Numbered from the stretch's first letter, positions 11,957 through 22,764 are shown. The stretch: DNA of 64,000 bases from Candidatus Bathyarchaeota archaeon (GCA_963807605.1 CAWECG010000001.1:480001-544000), one strand, 5' to 3'. The notes: generated from the letters alone by a model not told the origin. Numbers and translations: made by a program.

Positions 11957-12052
11957 CTGATCTCTTAACCATCTCGTAGGAAAAGAACTGACTAAAGAAA
12001 AAGGATATTCATAGCCCGTCCTTACAGTCTGGATTCGCGCGCGCTAGTGTGC

Positions 12053-12613
12053 TCATTTGCTCAGTTTCTTAGTCCAGTCTACCAGCGTCTGCAGAAGATT
12101 CCTAATTCTTTCCTTTTCTTCCGCATTTTTCAGATTGCCGTTTTCGTCAAATTTCGCCGGGGCGTAGGGAATCATCACTTCGGGGGTATTTATTGGAAGC
12201 ATGTTCAGGAATACAAAGCACTGACGAAGATGATATTGAGCTCTTGCAGTGCCAAGCATGCCTGTTGAAGCGCCCATCACAGCAACAGGTTTGCCTTCAA
12301 AAGCATTATCGCCGTACGGTCTTGAAGCACAATCGATGGCATTTTTCAGGACACCAGGAATCGAATAGTTGTATTCGGGGGTTACAATCAGAATCGCATC
12401 AGCTCTCCTAATCCTCTCCTTAAATTCTACCACTTTTGGTCCTGGATTTTGTTCTAGATCCTGGTTGAAGGTGGGCATTCCTTCTAGATCGAAGATTTCT
12501 ACCTCTGCGTCTGTTGGAACCAGTTTCGCCGCAACCTTAAGGGCCATTTTGTTATAGGACCCTTTCCTAAGACTCCCGGCAAAGCCAAGAATTCTGATTT
12601 TTTTATCAGTCAT
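12053..12613 (-). CDS. NADPH-dependent FMN reductase (start at MTDKK)
   Basis: GSLRKGSYN, TPEYNYSIPGVLKNAID, GTARAQYHLRQ. Confidence 0.93.
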   Translation of the reverse strand: MTDKKIRILGFAGSLRKGSYNKMALKVAAKLVPTDAEVEIFDLEGMPTFNQDLEQNPGPKVVEFKERIRRADAILIVTPEYNYSIPGVLKNAIDCASRPYGDNAFEGKPVAVMGASTGMLGTARAQYHLRQCFVFLNMLPINTPEVMIPYAPAKFDENGNLKNAEEKERIRNLLQTLVDWTKKLSK

Positions 12614-12711
12614 ACTTTCTAAATCTTCTTGAAAAACTAACAGGCTTATCTCTGCAACCAATATTGTACTAGATGTTCTAAGTTCTTTTTGCTTTTCGCT
12701 ATACACGCACC

Positions 12712-12900
12712 TTATCCATGCGCTGGCTCTGACCCCTCTCGGTGTTTCCTCCAAAGTTCAGACATTTCTTCAGCCAAATCTTTGTGGCGAAACTCCCAAG
12801 ACATATGGGCGTCGTGACATTCTGCGCAGAATTTTTTTCCGCAAAACTCGCAGCTTTTCAGTTTTGAGAAATTCTTTCCACATTCATCACATTTCGGCAT
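12712..12900 (-). CDS. Small AN1-like zinc-finger protein
   Basis: CDECG..CEFCGKKFCAECH. Confidence 0.65.
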   Translation of the reverse strand: MPKCDECGKNFSKLKSCEFCGKKFCAECHDAHMSWEFRHKDLAEEMSELWRKHREGSEPAHG

Positions 12901-13131
12901 AGTAACTAATCACCCCGGACGTGGTTTATGAAAGTATGAATTGTCTCAAATTGAGGGTTAGTCTCCTTGATCTTATTAGCGTTACCGGCAGGCGTGTGCT
13001 ATTAAGAATGCATACTTGCCCTTGATGGATATCGACAAAACACTCTTGTCTAACATATCCCACAGTAAATCTCAGTACCCAACTCTTGAACTCCACTCGA
13101 ACAATTTCGAAATCGCTCTGTGACATTCAGG

Positions 13132-13302
13132 ATGACGGCTAAGGGCAAATCGATCAACGCTACCATGAAGATATTCGTGTTATACATCGGGATACTCCTT
13201 ACAAGGGCGGGTTTTGGTTCAATACTTCTTCTCTTCCCGTTGTACCTGAATGTAGGCAGTGTCGAACTGGAGCAGCGTTATCGGGTATCCAATCGCTGAG
13301 TT
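13132..13302 (+). pseudogene. MFS transporter N-terminal fragment
   Basis: IFVLYIGILLTRAGFGSILLLFPLYL.../YPIAEF, cut off at a (GC)n motif at 13303. Confidence 0.5.
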
Positions 13303-13759
13303 CGCGCGCGCTACCGTGAAACCAGAGAAAAACGAGAGATCACACCTAAACCAACTGCGTCATTCAGATCAGCTCTCTCTGAAGTACTAGTTGTCATTTA
13401 TCTCGCTATTGCACGTTTATCTTCAGATAAATCAAGAAATCCTATTGTTTTCTCATTAGCTGAAATTCTTCATACTCTGCATTGACATAATGTGCTCAAA
13501 GGTATTACGAGAAAGGATTAAATGTATTACTTTGGTATACGTAAACCAAGATGTTGGGTAATGATGGAGCTATTAGTCTGTCCACACTGCAGCGAAACCC
13601 TTCGTAATGACGACTACTACCTCCACATCCACCTATGCGCTGCTTGCGCACAAGAATCCGAGACTTGACCGTAGGCGTGCCGCACAAATCATGTGACTGA
13701 AGATCTTTCTCTTAGAACGTTATCTATTTTACGTCTAACTCGTGTGAAGTGTGTAATAG

Positions 13760-14821
13760 GTGGCAGCGGGCAATATCGTTCATGTAGTTGGAACAGGGAC
13801 GATAGGTGAACCGCTGATAGGTCTGCTAGCAGATTTGCGGAAGGATTTAGGCATCGATGAAGTGACCTTCTCTAAGCGCACTCCGTTACTAGTTGATCGA
13901 ACGAAGGTGCAGAATTTAATCAAGCGAGGAGCTAAGCTCTGTATCGAAAAGGAGAAGGTTGACGATTTCAAGAAGTTGGATCTAGACGCAGATTATGAAT
14001 ATGAGGAAGCTATCTCGAGGGCCTCAGTGGTCGTAGACTGCACGCCAGCCGGCTTGAAGAACAAGGATCAGTACTATAGGAGGTTTGAAGACCGGGTCAG
14101 ATGTTTTGCAGCTCAAGGTTCAGAGTTTGGGTTTGGAAAGATGTACGCACTGGGGATAAATGATGAGGCTCTTACCCCAGACGACAGATACATCCAAGTG
14201 ATGAGCTGTAACACACACAACATAGCAGTCATAGTCAAGACCTTAGCTACCGATGGGCAGTCCTCTAAGCTCGCTGAGGGCAGATTTCTGTGCTTAAGAA
14301 GAGCTAACGACCTCAGCCAAGATGGAGGTTACATCCCATCACCCCAAGTTGATGAGCATAGCGATCCTCGTTTTGGAACACATCACGCCCGCGATGTCTA
14401 CTGGCTTTACAGGACCGTTGGGCTCGAGTTAAACCTCTTCTCAAGTTCAATCAAATTGAACACACAGTATATGCACGCAATCTGGTTTGATCTGCACTTA
14501 ACTGATAAGATCGATAAGGATGAGGCTGAGGAACGGTTTAGACGTAACCCTAGAGTTGCAGTTACCTACAAGAATTTGGCTAGCCTAGTCTTCTCTTTTG
14601 GACGCGACTATGGGTATTATGGTCGAATCCTGAATCAAACGGTGGTCGTGCTTCCTACTTTAACTGTTAGAAACGGAAGAGAGGTTATAGGATTCTGCTT
14701 CACTCCTCAAGACGGGAATAGCCTGTTGAGCAGCATAGCCGTTATCGAGCATGCGCTATACCAAGACTCTTGGGAGGAGAATATGAGAAAGCTCGATTCT
14801 TACCTCTTCAGTGAAGTATGA
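13760..14821 (+). CDS. Archaeal type II GAPDH-like dehydrogenase (divergent)
   Basis: VHVVGTGTIG, VVDCTP, catalytic VMSCNTH, RRAND. Confidence 0.75.
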   Translation: MAAGNIVHVVGTGTIGEPLIGLLADLRKDLGIDEVTFSKRTPLLVDRTKVQNLIKRGAKLCIEKEKVDDFKKLDLDADYEYEEAISRASVVVDCTPAGLKNKDQYYRRFEDRVRCFAAQGSEFGFGKMYALGINDEALTPDDRYIQVMSCNTHNIAVIVKTLATDGQSSKLAEGRFLCLRRANDLSQDGGYIPSPQVDEHSDPRFGTHHARDVYWLYRTVGLELNLFSSSIKLNTQYMHAIWFDLHLTDKIDKDEAEERFRRNPRVAVTYKNLASLVFSFGRDYGYYGRILNQTVVVLPTLTVRNGREVIGFCFTPQDGNSLLSSIAVIEHALYQDSWEENMRKLDSYLFSEV

Positions 14822-14876
14822 TCTCCACGCGGATCCTTAGAGTAGATAACCCATCATTGTAAATATCCGCAGGTTG

Positions 14877-15470
14877 TTAGGCAAATCGTTCTAGTGTCGT
14901 CTTTATTCTCTGAAAATCCTCTTCAAGGAAGGTTCTGTACTTGGCGTTGTACAAAGCTGAAGCGGGATGAAACGTGGGCATTATCGTTACTGGAACACTT
15001 AGGACTGCCTTTTCATAGATTTGTCCTCGAGTCTGAGTCATGCCGGGAAAGTCGATATTCACTTTCGATAAAATGTAACGTGTTGAGTGTCTGCCCAAGG
15101 GTGCTATGAGCTTTGGACTTATTATCTGAATCTGGCGATCAAGATAGGGCACACAGGCCATTATCTCATCTGGCCGCGGGTCCCTGTTCTCAGGAGGCCT
15201 GTGCTTAACCACATTTCCTATGTAGACATCAGTTCTCTTGAGCGCAATACTAGCAAGCAGTTTATCGAGTAGTCTGCCTGCGGTCCCGACGAAGGGTCTA
15301 CCCTCGATATCTTCACGATAACCAGGGGCTTCTCCTATTAGCATGAGAGAAGCGTCTAGGTTTCCCTCGCCCGGGACAGAGTTCTTAGCGCTCCTCCAAA
15401 GCTCACACTTTCGACAGACCCTTGTCTCAGCAACTAACCTATCCATAGGTTCCTGCTTCGACATATTCAC
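14877..15470 (-). CDS. udg: Uracil-DNA glycosylase family 4
   Basis: CRKC, GEAPG..ED..GRPFVG, RPPENRDP, TFHPA. Confidence 0.95.
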   Translation of the reverse strand: MNMSKQEPMDRLVAETRVCRKCELWRSAKNSVPGEGNLDASLMLIGEAPGYREDIEGRPFVGTAGRLLDKLLASIALKRTDVYIGNVVKHRPPENRDPRPDEIMACVPYLDRQIQIISPKLIAPLGRHSTRYILSKVNIDFPGMTQTRGQIYEKAVLSVPVTIMPTFHPASALYNAKYRTFLEEDFQRIKTTLERFA

Positions 15471-15531
15471 AAGAGTCGCCCCAAATAGAGCAAGTCAAAG
15501 TAACAGCGCGCGCTAGTCTCAGTGCGTACAC

Positions 15532-16158
15532 TTATTCAGGGATTTGGTATTTCTTAACCTCTTGCTCGTAGAGGCTCCTGCCATGAGAGTCTATCGCTAC
15601 GATGCAAGGGAAGTCCTCCACATATAATTCTCTAATGCCTTCTGGCCCTAGGTCATCATATGCGATAATCTTCGAGGTCTTGATGGTCTTTGCGAGGAGA
15701 GCTCCTGCTCCACCTGTCGCAGCAAAATAGACTGATTTGTTTCTTATGATAGCTTCTATGACGGCCCTGCTGCGCTGACCCTTGCCGATGGTGCCCTTGA
15801 TTCCAGCATCCAATAGCTGAGGTGTGTATGGATCCATTCGGCCGCTTGTGGTAGGCCCGGCGGAACCAATTACTCCTCCGGGCTTTTCTGGTGTTGGTCC
15901 TACGTAGTAAACCACTTGACCCTTAACCTCAAAGGGCAGGTGCTTTCCCTCCTTGATCAATGGGACGAGTCTTTTGTGGGTAGCATCTCTTGCGGTGTAA
16001 ATCTTGCCTGTAAGAAGGACTTTGTCACCAGCTTCCAGTTTCTCCACATCCTCCGCCTTCAAAGGTGTGTGAAGAACAATCTGTTTAGTCAGACAATTCC
16101 CTCTTTCAAATGATTGCTGTCTTGTGACGTTGAGCATGGCATTGAAGGTTGACTGCAA
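15532..16158 (-). CDS. Fumarate hydratase / Fe-S hydro-lyase beta subunit (true start probably ~16095)
   Basis: TARDATHKR, GSAGPTTSGRMD, IGKG, GGAGALL. Confidence 0.93.
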   Translation of the reverse strand: MQSTFNAMLNVTRQQSFERGNCLTKQIVLHTPLKAEDVEKLEAGDKVLLTGKIYTARDATHKRLVPLIKEGKHLPFEVKGQVVYYVGPTPEKPGGVIGSAGPTTSGRMDPYTPQLLDAGIKGTIGKGQRSRAVIEAIIRNKSVYFAATGGAGALLAKTIKTSKIIAYDDLGPEGIRELYVEDFPCIVAIDSHGRSLYEQEVKKYQIPE

Positions 16159-16964
16159 CAGGCATACTGGCGATATGGCAAGGCATAGTTATGATATGGA
16201 CTGCTAATGCTGTTGTTCTGCCCCCCAAACCTAGGGGTCCTATCCCAAGTCTATTGATCCTTGCCAATAGTTCCTCTTCAACGGCATTCCATCTTGGATC
16301 AGGGTTCTTCATGTCGAGCGGCCTTAGGAGAGCCTTCTTTGACAGGTAGGCGCATTGCTCAAAATTGCCTCCGATGCCTACACCCACCACAACTGGAGGA
16401 CATGGCATTCCGCCAGATCTCCTTACGCGGTCGATGACGAAATCCTTGATCCCCTCAATGCCGTCGGCAGGTTTCATCATCCTGACTTCACTCATATTCT
16501 CTGAGCCAGCCCCTTTTGGAGCCACGGTGATCTTGACATAACTTCCTGGATCAATCTCTGTGTGAATGATGGCGGGGGTATTGGTTTTCGTATTCTTTCG
16601 TTCGAAGACCAGGGTCGTCCACAATCGATTTTCTCAGATAGCCATCCCGATAGCCCTGCCTAACACCCTCATTGATTGCTTCAGTGAAGTCTCCCCCGAT
16701 AATATGCAAATCTTGTCCCAACTCAACGAAAACAACGGCGACCCCTGTGTCCTGACACATAGGCATCTGCTCATTGGCGGCCAATAGAGCATTTACCAAC
16801 AACTGTTCTAAGATCTCTTTTCCGATTGGAGAATCTTCCATCCTCGCGAATTCTTCCATCTTCTCTGTGACGTCTTTATTGAGATAGGTGTTGGCATCCA
16901 TGCATAGCCTTCTAACGACTGAAGTGATTTCGGAAACGTTGATTTCCCTCATATGTTTCCCCAA
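16106..16964 (-). pseudogene. Fumarate hydratase alpha subunit, frameshifted near 16610
   Basis: PMCQDTG...LRKSIVDDP continues as VFERKNTKTNTPAIIH...KGAGSEN...CHAQRH in another frame (one extra G). Confidence 0.85.
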
Positions 16965-17012
16965 TTCTGTAGTCTCAGTGAGTTGGCGATTAACACTAGG
17001 GATCGCTCCTCT

Positions 17013-17837
17013 CTAAGCTAGTCTGGACAAGATCTCTTCTCGTCTGAAGAGCCTTACCCCCATCCGGAATACTAGCAAATCGACTATTGCGAGTAGTACT
17101 ATCAGCCCCGCAACCACCACGGATCCAAAGACTACGACTCCAGCCATCTGGCCAAATACCAACATGAGAATTGGAATCAGCAGGAGACCACTAATTTGCT
17201 GGGCCTCCTTGAAGCCCTTTACTCTGGCGGAGACGATAACCGTCAAACCGATGGCGACAAGCGCGATAGTTGGAGCAAGCCCAAGAATCAACATAATCCA
17301 GACTATATTTGGAAGCAAGAACTTTCCCTGAAGGAGGATTACGGAAACAATGTCCACAACAGTCGAGTAAACCAAGAAAGAGACCAACGTCACTACCATA
17401 GATGGAATGAAAGACACCAATACTTTGCCCAGAAGTAGTTCGCTGTCCGTTATAGGTGTCGCCAAAAGAGCTTCAATCGTTTTCCTTTCTTTCTCTCCGG
17501 CGAAGCTATCTGACGCTATTACGCTTGAGGCCATGACTGGAATAATGAGAAAGAAAGGAGCAAAGTAATACAGAGTCATAACAGATAGCAAGACTTGTTG
17601 AGCCGTCATTCCCTCAAGTTCTTCTTTCACTTGGGTGGGTAAATTAGCAATCATCGCCTCAGTGTTGTTTAACGACGACCCAGGCACGGTAGCTAGGCCA
17701 GGCATAAGCACGACGATTAATGGAAGCACTATCGAAAACATGAACGGTACGAATAGTACTGGAAATATTATCTGCCAGTTTCTGCTGATCTCACGCCAAT
17801 CTTTTCTGAAGACGAGCAAAGCTTTGCGATATCTCAA
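17013..17837 (-). CDS. ABC-2 type transporter permease
   Basis: DSFAGEKERKTIEALLATP, multiple TM helices. Confidence 0.92.
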   Translation of the reverse strand: MRYRKALLVFRKDWREISRNWQIIFPVLFVPFMFSIVLPLIVVLMPGLATVPGSSLNNTEAMIANLPTQVKEELEGMTAQQVLLSVMTLYYFAPFFLIIPVMASSVIASDSFAGEKERKTIEALLATPITDSELLLGKVLVSFIPSMVVTLVSFLVYSTVVDIVSVILLQGKFLLPNIVWIMLILGLAPTIALVAIGLTVIVSARVKGFKEAQQISGLLLIPILMLVFGQMAGVVVFGSVVVAGLIVLLAIVDLLVFRMGVRLFRREEILSRLA

Positions 17838-18778
17838 TTTTGTTCCCCATTAACCAGTCTTAGGTAGGCTTCTTCGAGGGATGGCCGAACGATGTTCGCC
17901 GAGAGAATCATTCCGTCAGCATAGACGACGTTCTTGATTACTTCTGGGGTGACCGAATCAATATCATCGACAGTAATCATCAGCTTGGTCCCAGAGGGAT
18001 CTACGCTGACTTCTCTCACGTGTTTGACGGTTCTAACAACTTCAATGATCTTCTCATCCAATTTCCTCAGTGTGAGTTGCAGAATCGGTTGACCGGCTAT
18101 CCTATTCTGAAGTCCTTCGGGTGTTCCTATAACGACACTTTTGCCTTTGTTTATGATCATAACTCTGCTACACAGTTTCTCGGCGTCTTCAAGTCGGTGA
18201 GTACAAAGCAGAATAGTATGCTTCTCTTCCCGAGTCAGCCTTTTCATCAGGTCTCTGATTCCCTTCGCCGATTCCGGGTCAAGACCCGAGGTCGGCTCGT
18301 CCAACAAGAGGATGGGGGGGTTGTGCACTAGCGCTCTCGCAGTTGCGAGTTTCTGTCTCATACCCTTCGAAAAAGCCGCTACTCTATCATTTCTCCGCTC
18401 CCACAGCTCGAATAAATCAAGCAACTCCCTAACCCTCTTCGCTTTCCCTCCTTCATCTGAAAGCCCGTAGGCTTCTGCGAAGAAATCCATATTCTCGTAG
18501 GCCGTCAGCCTATCGTACAGGCATGGGTTTTCAGTCAGGATCCCGACCGTCTGTCTAATCTTCAGCGCATCCCGACCGATCTCGAATCCACCTACGCTAG
18601 CAAAGCCCTCTGAAGGTGAAATAAGGCACGCAAGCAGTCGTACGGTAGTTGTTTTGCCAGCACCATTTGGACCCAAGAGTCCAAAGATCTCCCCCTCCCT
18701 CACCTTGAAGCTTAGGTGGTCTACTGCAGTGAGAGGCCCGAATCTTCTTGTTAGACCCTCAGTTTCGATGCTTGACAT
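17834..18778 (-). CDS. ABC transporter ATP-binding protein
   Basis: GPNGAGKTT, FSKGMRQK, LLLDEPT. Confidence 0.95.
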   Translation of the reverse strand: MSSIETEGLTRRFGPLTAVDHLSFKVREGEIFGLLGPNGAGKTTTVRLLACLISPSEGFASVGGFEIGRDALKIRQTVGILTENPCLYDRLTAYENMDFFAEAYGLSDEGGKAKRVRELLDLFELWERRNDRVAAFSKGMRQKLATARALVHNPPILLLDEPTSGLDPESAKGIRDLMKRLTREEKHTILLCTHRLEDAEKLCSRVMIINKGKSVVIGTPEGLQNRIAGQPILQLTLRKLDEKIIEVVRTVKHVREVSVDPSGTKLMITVDDIDSVTPEVIKNVVYADGMILSANIVRPSLEEAYLRLVNGEQN

Positions 18779-19162
18779 TCTGATTGTTCTCGCACATTTG
18801 ACAAGGCCGCATCCGCATTACCTGCTTGTCCCAAATTTAACGTCTTCTTGTTATGAGCCATAAGATTAATTCACACGCGCCTTTAAGCTGCTCGAACAGA
18901 CGAAGCAAAGCACGACTTTGTTAGTCTCTAAGCCCCCCACAACGACGTCTTTGAAATCTCCAATTTCCCTGAGCATCAGGTCTTTTCCATGATGTTGAAG
19001 TTCTACACGAGCAACATCACGCAAATGAGAAATGTTCGCGTTGGTTCTAGTCATGGCTGTCAAGCAACAGCGTATATCAGCCAACAAAGTAGAGGGGGTG
19101 CGTGGGTACGCCAACGGTCATTACACATAAAAGTTACGAGCAGGTATTGAGAAGCGATTCTC

Positions 19163-19393
19163 ATGACTTGCTATTTTAGACATCTCAAAGGCATCTTCAA
19201 TGAAGCCGGAATTGAAATCACGAGCGAGAACAAGAAAGAGGTTGACCGAGTCATACACACTCTCGTGGGTGTAGACTATAAGAATTGTCCAGAGGCTTGG
19301 AGAGAAATAAAGAAAAGAATTGCAGAGGATAGAGAAGCCTTCGTTTCTAAACTGAAGAAAGAGCTCAAGACAACTCAAACAATGCGTGCGTAA
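19163..19393 (+). CDS. Small conserved hypothetical protein
   Basis: Clean ORF MTCYFRHLK...KNCPEAW with protein-like composition. Confidence 0.7.
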   Translation: MTCYFRHLKGIFNEAGIEITSENKKEVDRVIHTLVGVDYKNCPEAWREIKKRIAEDREAFVSKLKKELKTTQTMRA

Positions 19394-19423
19394 GGCACGC
19401 GCTCGGATATCCAGTTTTAGATT

Positions 19424-19828
19424 TCAGCGGTGGCGTACATAGTCCGTGCTCTGAAATAGTTGACTTGAGATTATTAGATCTGCTGTAGATCTGTTGCAGG
19501 CAGTGGGCACGTTATACAATACCGATATTCTGAGAAGGGCTTTAACATCGACGTCATGGGGATGCGATGAGAGCGGATCCCAGAAGAAGATTAGGTAGTC
19601 CAGTTTCTCATTGGCGATCATGGCTCCGAGTTCCATGTCTCCGCCGTAGGGGCCGCCTTTGAGCAAAGTAACTTTCAAACCTATTTTCTCCATAATTCTC
19701 TTGCCGGTTTCTCCAGTGGCGTACAGGTTGTGAAATCCCAGCGTTCCCTTATTGAAATTCACCCATTCTACCAAATCGTCTTTCTTGTTGTCATGCGCGA
19801 CTAGGGCGATGTTTCTCTTAGGGATCAA
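19424..19828 (-). CDS. mgsA: Methylglyoxal synthase
   Basis: IALVAHDNKK, ATGETG, GGD, HPHDVDVKAL. Confidence 0.95.
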   Translation of the reverse strand: MIPKRNIALVAHDNKKDDLVEWVNFNKGTLGFHNLYATGETGKRIMEKIGLKVTLLKGGPYGGDMELGAMIANEKLDYLIFFWDPLSSHPHDVDVKALLRISVLYNVPTACNRSTADLIISSQLFQSTDYVRHR

Positions 19829-19947
19829 AATCTCACCGTTTCCAAATTGGTCTGGACACCCGAATATAACCGTTCGTCTCTTAAACTAGGGTAACGCGAG
19901 CTTGGACGACGGTAAATGCAACTGCTATGGAAGGTTGAAGGAGTGAT

Positions 19948-20538
19948 TTACGCGCGGTTATTCTGATCTGTGTCTTTGACCTTCCTGATGAGCCAGACCA
20001 TTTTCTTCCCGAAGTTCTTTGCAGTCAGTAGACCCTCCTCGTCTTTGGTTACTTCCCCTTTTTCTCTGCCAAAGGCTACATTCCAGTAGGTGGAGCCTGG
20101 AACGATCATCCCCTGATGAAGAAGGAAAAACAAAAGTTGGGCAAAGGTAAAGTTGTGTCCTGCTCTCCTCGCGACAACCACCGCCCCACCGATTTTGTTT
20201 TCGAAGACTCTGTTTCTGGCTCCTGACAGTTCTCCAGCTCTGTCGATTAGTGCCTTTATTTGAGGTGTCGCCGAACCGAAGTAAACGGGAGAGGATAAGA
20301 TTATGCCGTCTGCCTCGACCATCTTGTCAAAGATAGGCCTAAAGTCGTCCTTTATTTTGCATTCACCTGTCTTTTTGCAGGATAGGCAAGCATCGCACGG
20401 CTTGATCTCTCTGTTCGCTAAGCTGATCAGTTCTGTTTCAGCACCATCCTCTTTCGCTGCTTTCAGTGTCTCAGCGACTAGACGTTCGGTGTTTCCCCCC
20501 ACTCGAGGGCTTCCAACGATACCCAGTATGCGGATCAT
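19948..20538 (-). CDS. Iron-sulfur flavoprotein (flavodoxin family)
   Basis: GSPRVGGNT, CDACLSC..C, SPVYFG. Confidence 0.92.
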   Translation of the reverse strand: MIRILGIVGSPRVGGNTERLVAETLKAAKEDGAETELISLANREIKPCDACLSCKKTGECKIKDDFRPIFDKMVEADGIILSSPVYFGSATPQIKALIDRAGELSGARNRVFENKIGGAVVVARRAGHNFTFAQLLFFLLHQGMIVPGSTYWNVAFGREKGEVTKDEEGLLTAKNFGKKMVWLIRKVKDTDQNNRA

Positions 20539-20609
20539 AAATAGAGCACGCTACAAGGTTCATCCTCTTACTATTGAATCCTGCGCCTCCAGCATAGTAT
20601 ATTTACGCG

Positions 20610-21182
20610 CTACCTGCGTGCCCAACAATCCAACGTCTGTTGGGAAGGACTGAAAGCGGCCCTTGTCATGCTATCTGCCCAATAATGCGACTGGAATTCC
20701 CGCTCAACATGTTTCCTATTAGCAGGGTTTGGGCTTTGGAGTCTTGGCTTGACTATCTCTTTGATATCATATCTTCTTTGGGATCGATTCCTAGAGGCGA
20801 TCCAGATCCCTGTACCGAGACGGATAATATCGTAGATTCTCTTTCCCCTTGAGTTGAGAGAAACACCAGATCTTCCTTTTCTAGGTATTTCGGCCAGCAA
20901 GATGACGTAGTCGAATGAATTTCTATAGTTCGCAATTTGTTTGACTGCTCTGCTTATAGGATCTCCAGAGCTTTTGTACTCAAATGCATAGAATCTCCCG
21001 TTTCGATAAGCGGCAACATCCACCCAATGATTCTGATCGTGAGGGTTATTGTGATATCCACATCTTAGCTCGGTTGGATAAACGACGTAGCCGATTCTCT
21101 TGAGTTGATCAACGAGAAATCCGTGGTCCGTGACCATAGGAGGACTCAAGAACTGATAATTCTGATAGAATAATAAGATCAT
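20610..21182 (-). CDS. Putative PD-(D/E)XK-family nuclease (start probably ~21137)
   Basis: WVDVAAYR..FYAFEYKS..AVKQIANY..FDYV. Confidence 0.6.
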   Translation of the reverse strand: MILLFYQNYQFLSPPMVTDHGFLVDQLKRIGYVVYPTELRCGYHNNPHDQNHWVDVAAYRNGRFYAFEYKSSGDPISRAVKQIANYRNSFDYVILLAEIPRKGRSGVSLNSRGKRIYDIIRLGTGIWIASRNRSQRRYDIKEIVKPRLQSPNPANRKHVEREFQSHYWADSMTRAAFSPSQQTLDCWARR

Positions 21183-21228
21183 AGATTAGCGAAAGTACGC
21201 CCGCGTTCGCTCCATTCTAGAGTGCAGG

Positions 21229-21579
21229 CTATTCACTTTCTTGGCGAATATTTGGAACCATGCAGAGAAACTTCAAAATCGTATTGCTGGTATTGGTTAT
21301 CTGATGCCTTTCATTGGGTGCTATGAATACTACGTCCCCTTTCCTCAGTGGGTATTCGCCTTCCTCACTCGTTATTGTCCCTTCTCCTTCGAGCAGGTAT
21401 ACTTCATGCTCCCACGGATGATGGTGTAGTGGACTGAAACCTTCGGGGTCGATCTCGAAGAGCCGCATGGCAAAATTTGGTGCACCAATCTTTTCAGTTA
21501 TCAACCACCTGACGTGGACTCCTTCAGCCCCCTCTGCCTCGGTATCTGCAGGGATGCTTTCATAACTGAAGATTTTCAT
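21229..21579 (-). CDS. Cupin domain protein
   Basis: PLHHHPWEHEVY, FIAPNERHQ. Confidence 0.92.
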   Translation of the reverse strand: MKIFSYESIPADTEAEGAEGVHVRWLITEKIGAPNFAMRLFEIDPEGFSPLHHHPWEHEVYLLEGEGTITSEEGEYPLRKGDVVFIAPNERHQITNTSNTILKFLCMVPNIRQESE

Positions 21580-21627
21580 TATAGTCTCCCTTCTACGGGT
21601 ATCAACTCACACGTTCTATTCGCATTA

Positions 21628-22764
21628 TTATAGTTCGAAAACGAAGACTGCTCTGTTGAGAATGTCCCTTATTGGTAGTTGTTGTGGGCAGAGAGTTTCA
21701 CATCTTCCGCATCTGGCACATTTCTTGGCTTGACTCTTGGATGGGATATTCTTCCTGTATTTCTTCTTGATCGCGTCGCCCCTATCTTTAGCATAGTATT
21801 CGTTGTAGAGCGCGATTATCTGGGGGATGTTCACCCCCTCAGGGCAAGGCATACAATACCCGCAGCCTGTGCAACCAATGTATCCAAGTTCTCTGTATCT
21901 CTGTGTGAGTTGATTGACGAGGTTGAGTGCTTTTTTCGATAAAGTGCCCGGTCCGGAATGTTCGGCTGTCTCCAGGTTCTCTATAACCTGCTTCATCGTG
22001 CTCATGCCGCTCAGAACAACTGATACCTCTGGACGATTCCAAACCCATTGAAGGGCTAACCTCGCTGGTGTACTCTTGACTCCCGATTGATCCCAGAGAG
22101 TTTCTATTGCGGAGGGCGGCTTGACCGCCAGGTTTCCGCCAGCTAAGGGTTCCATGACAACGATTCCGAGACCTTTCGAAGCCGCGTATCTGAGCCCTTT
22201 TGTTCCTGCTTGATACTCGGTATCTGTATAGTTGTACTGGATCTGACAGAAAACCCACCTGTCGTAGCTATCTATGATATCCTTGAACACTGGATACTCA
22301 TCATGGAAGCTGAAACCGAGGTGTCTGATCTTGCCCTCGTCAATCTTCTTCTCAGCCCACTCAGTTACTTTGAATTTCTGTAGCTTTGACCAGCTCCCCT
22401 TGTTGAGCCCATGAAGTAGATAAAAATCTACATAGTCCACTTGAAGCCTGCCGAGCTGTTCATTCAAATACTTATCCATGTCTTGTTGAGACTTGATTAA
22501 CCAGCTTGGCATCTTCGTTGCTAACTTGATCTTCTTACGATAACCATCCTGCAATACTTTGCCAACTAAGACTTCACTTGTTCCTCGGTGGTACGGGTAA
22601 GCTGTGTCTATGTAGTTAACGCCATTATCTATAGCGTATCGCATCATCTTGATCGCTAGTGGCTCATTGATCTTTACATCCCCAGCGACGAGGGGCAACC
22701 TCATTGCCCCGAATCCTAGAACAGACACTTTCCAGTTAAGTTTCCCGAATCTTCTGTATCTCAT
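21628..22764 (-). CDS. Aldo/keto reductase with C-terminal 4Fe-4S domain
   Basis: LGFGAMRLP, DTAYPYH, CTGCGYCMPCP, CARCGRCETLCPQ. Confidence 0.93.
   Translation of the reverse strand: MRYRRFGKLNWKVSVLGFGAMRLPLVAGDVKINEPLAIKMMRYAIDNGVNYIDTAYPYHRGTSEVLVGKVLQDGYRKKIKLATKMPSWLIKSQQDMDKYLNEQLGRLQVDYVDFYLLHGLNKGSWSKLQKFKVTEWAEKKIDEGKIRHLGFSFHDEYPVFKDIIDSYDRWVFCQIQYNYTDTEYQAGTKGLRYAASKGLGIVVMEPLAGGNLAVKPPSAIETLWDQSGVKSTPARLALQWVWNRPEVSVVLSGMSTMKQVIENLETAEHSGPGTLSKKALNLVNQLTQRYRELGYIGCTGCGYCMPCPEGVNIPQIIALYNEYYAKDRGDAIKKKYRKNIPSKSQAKKCARCGRCETLCPQQLPIRDILNRAVFVFEL

Noticed and set aside
18866-19114. 82-aa ORF / possible gene remnant
   Set aside because: No recognisable family.
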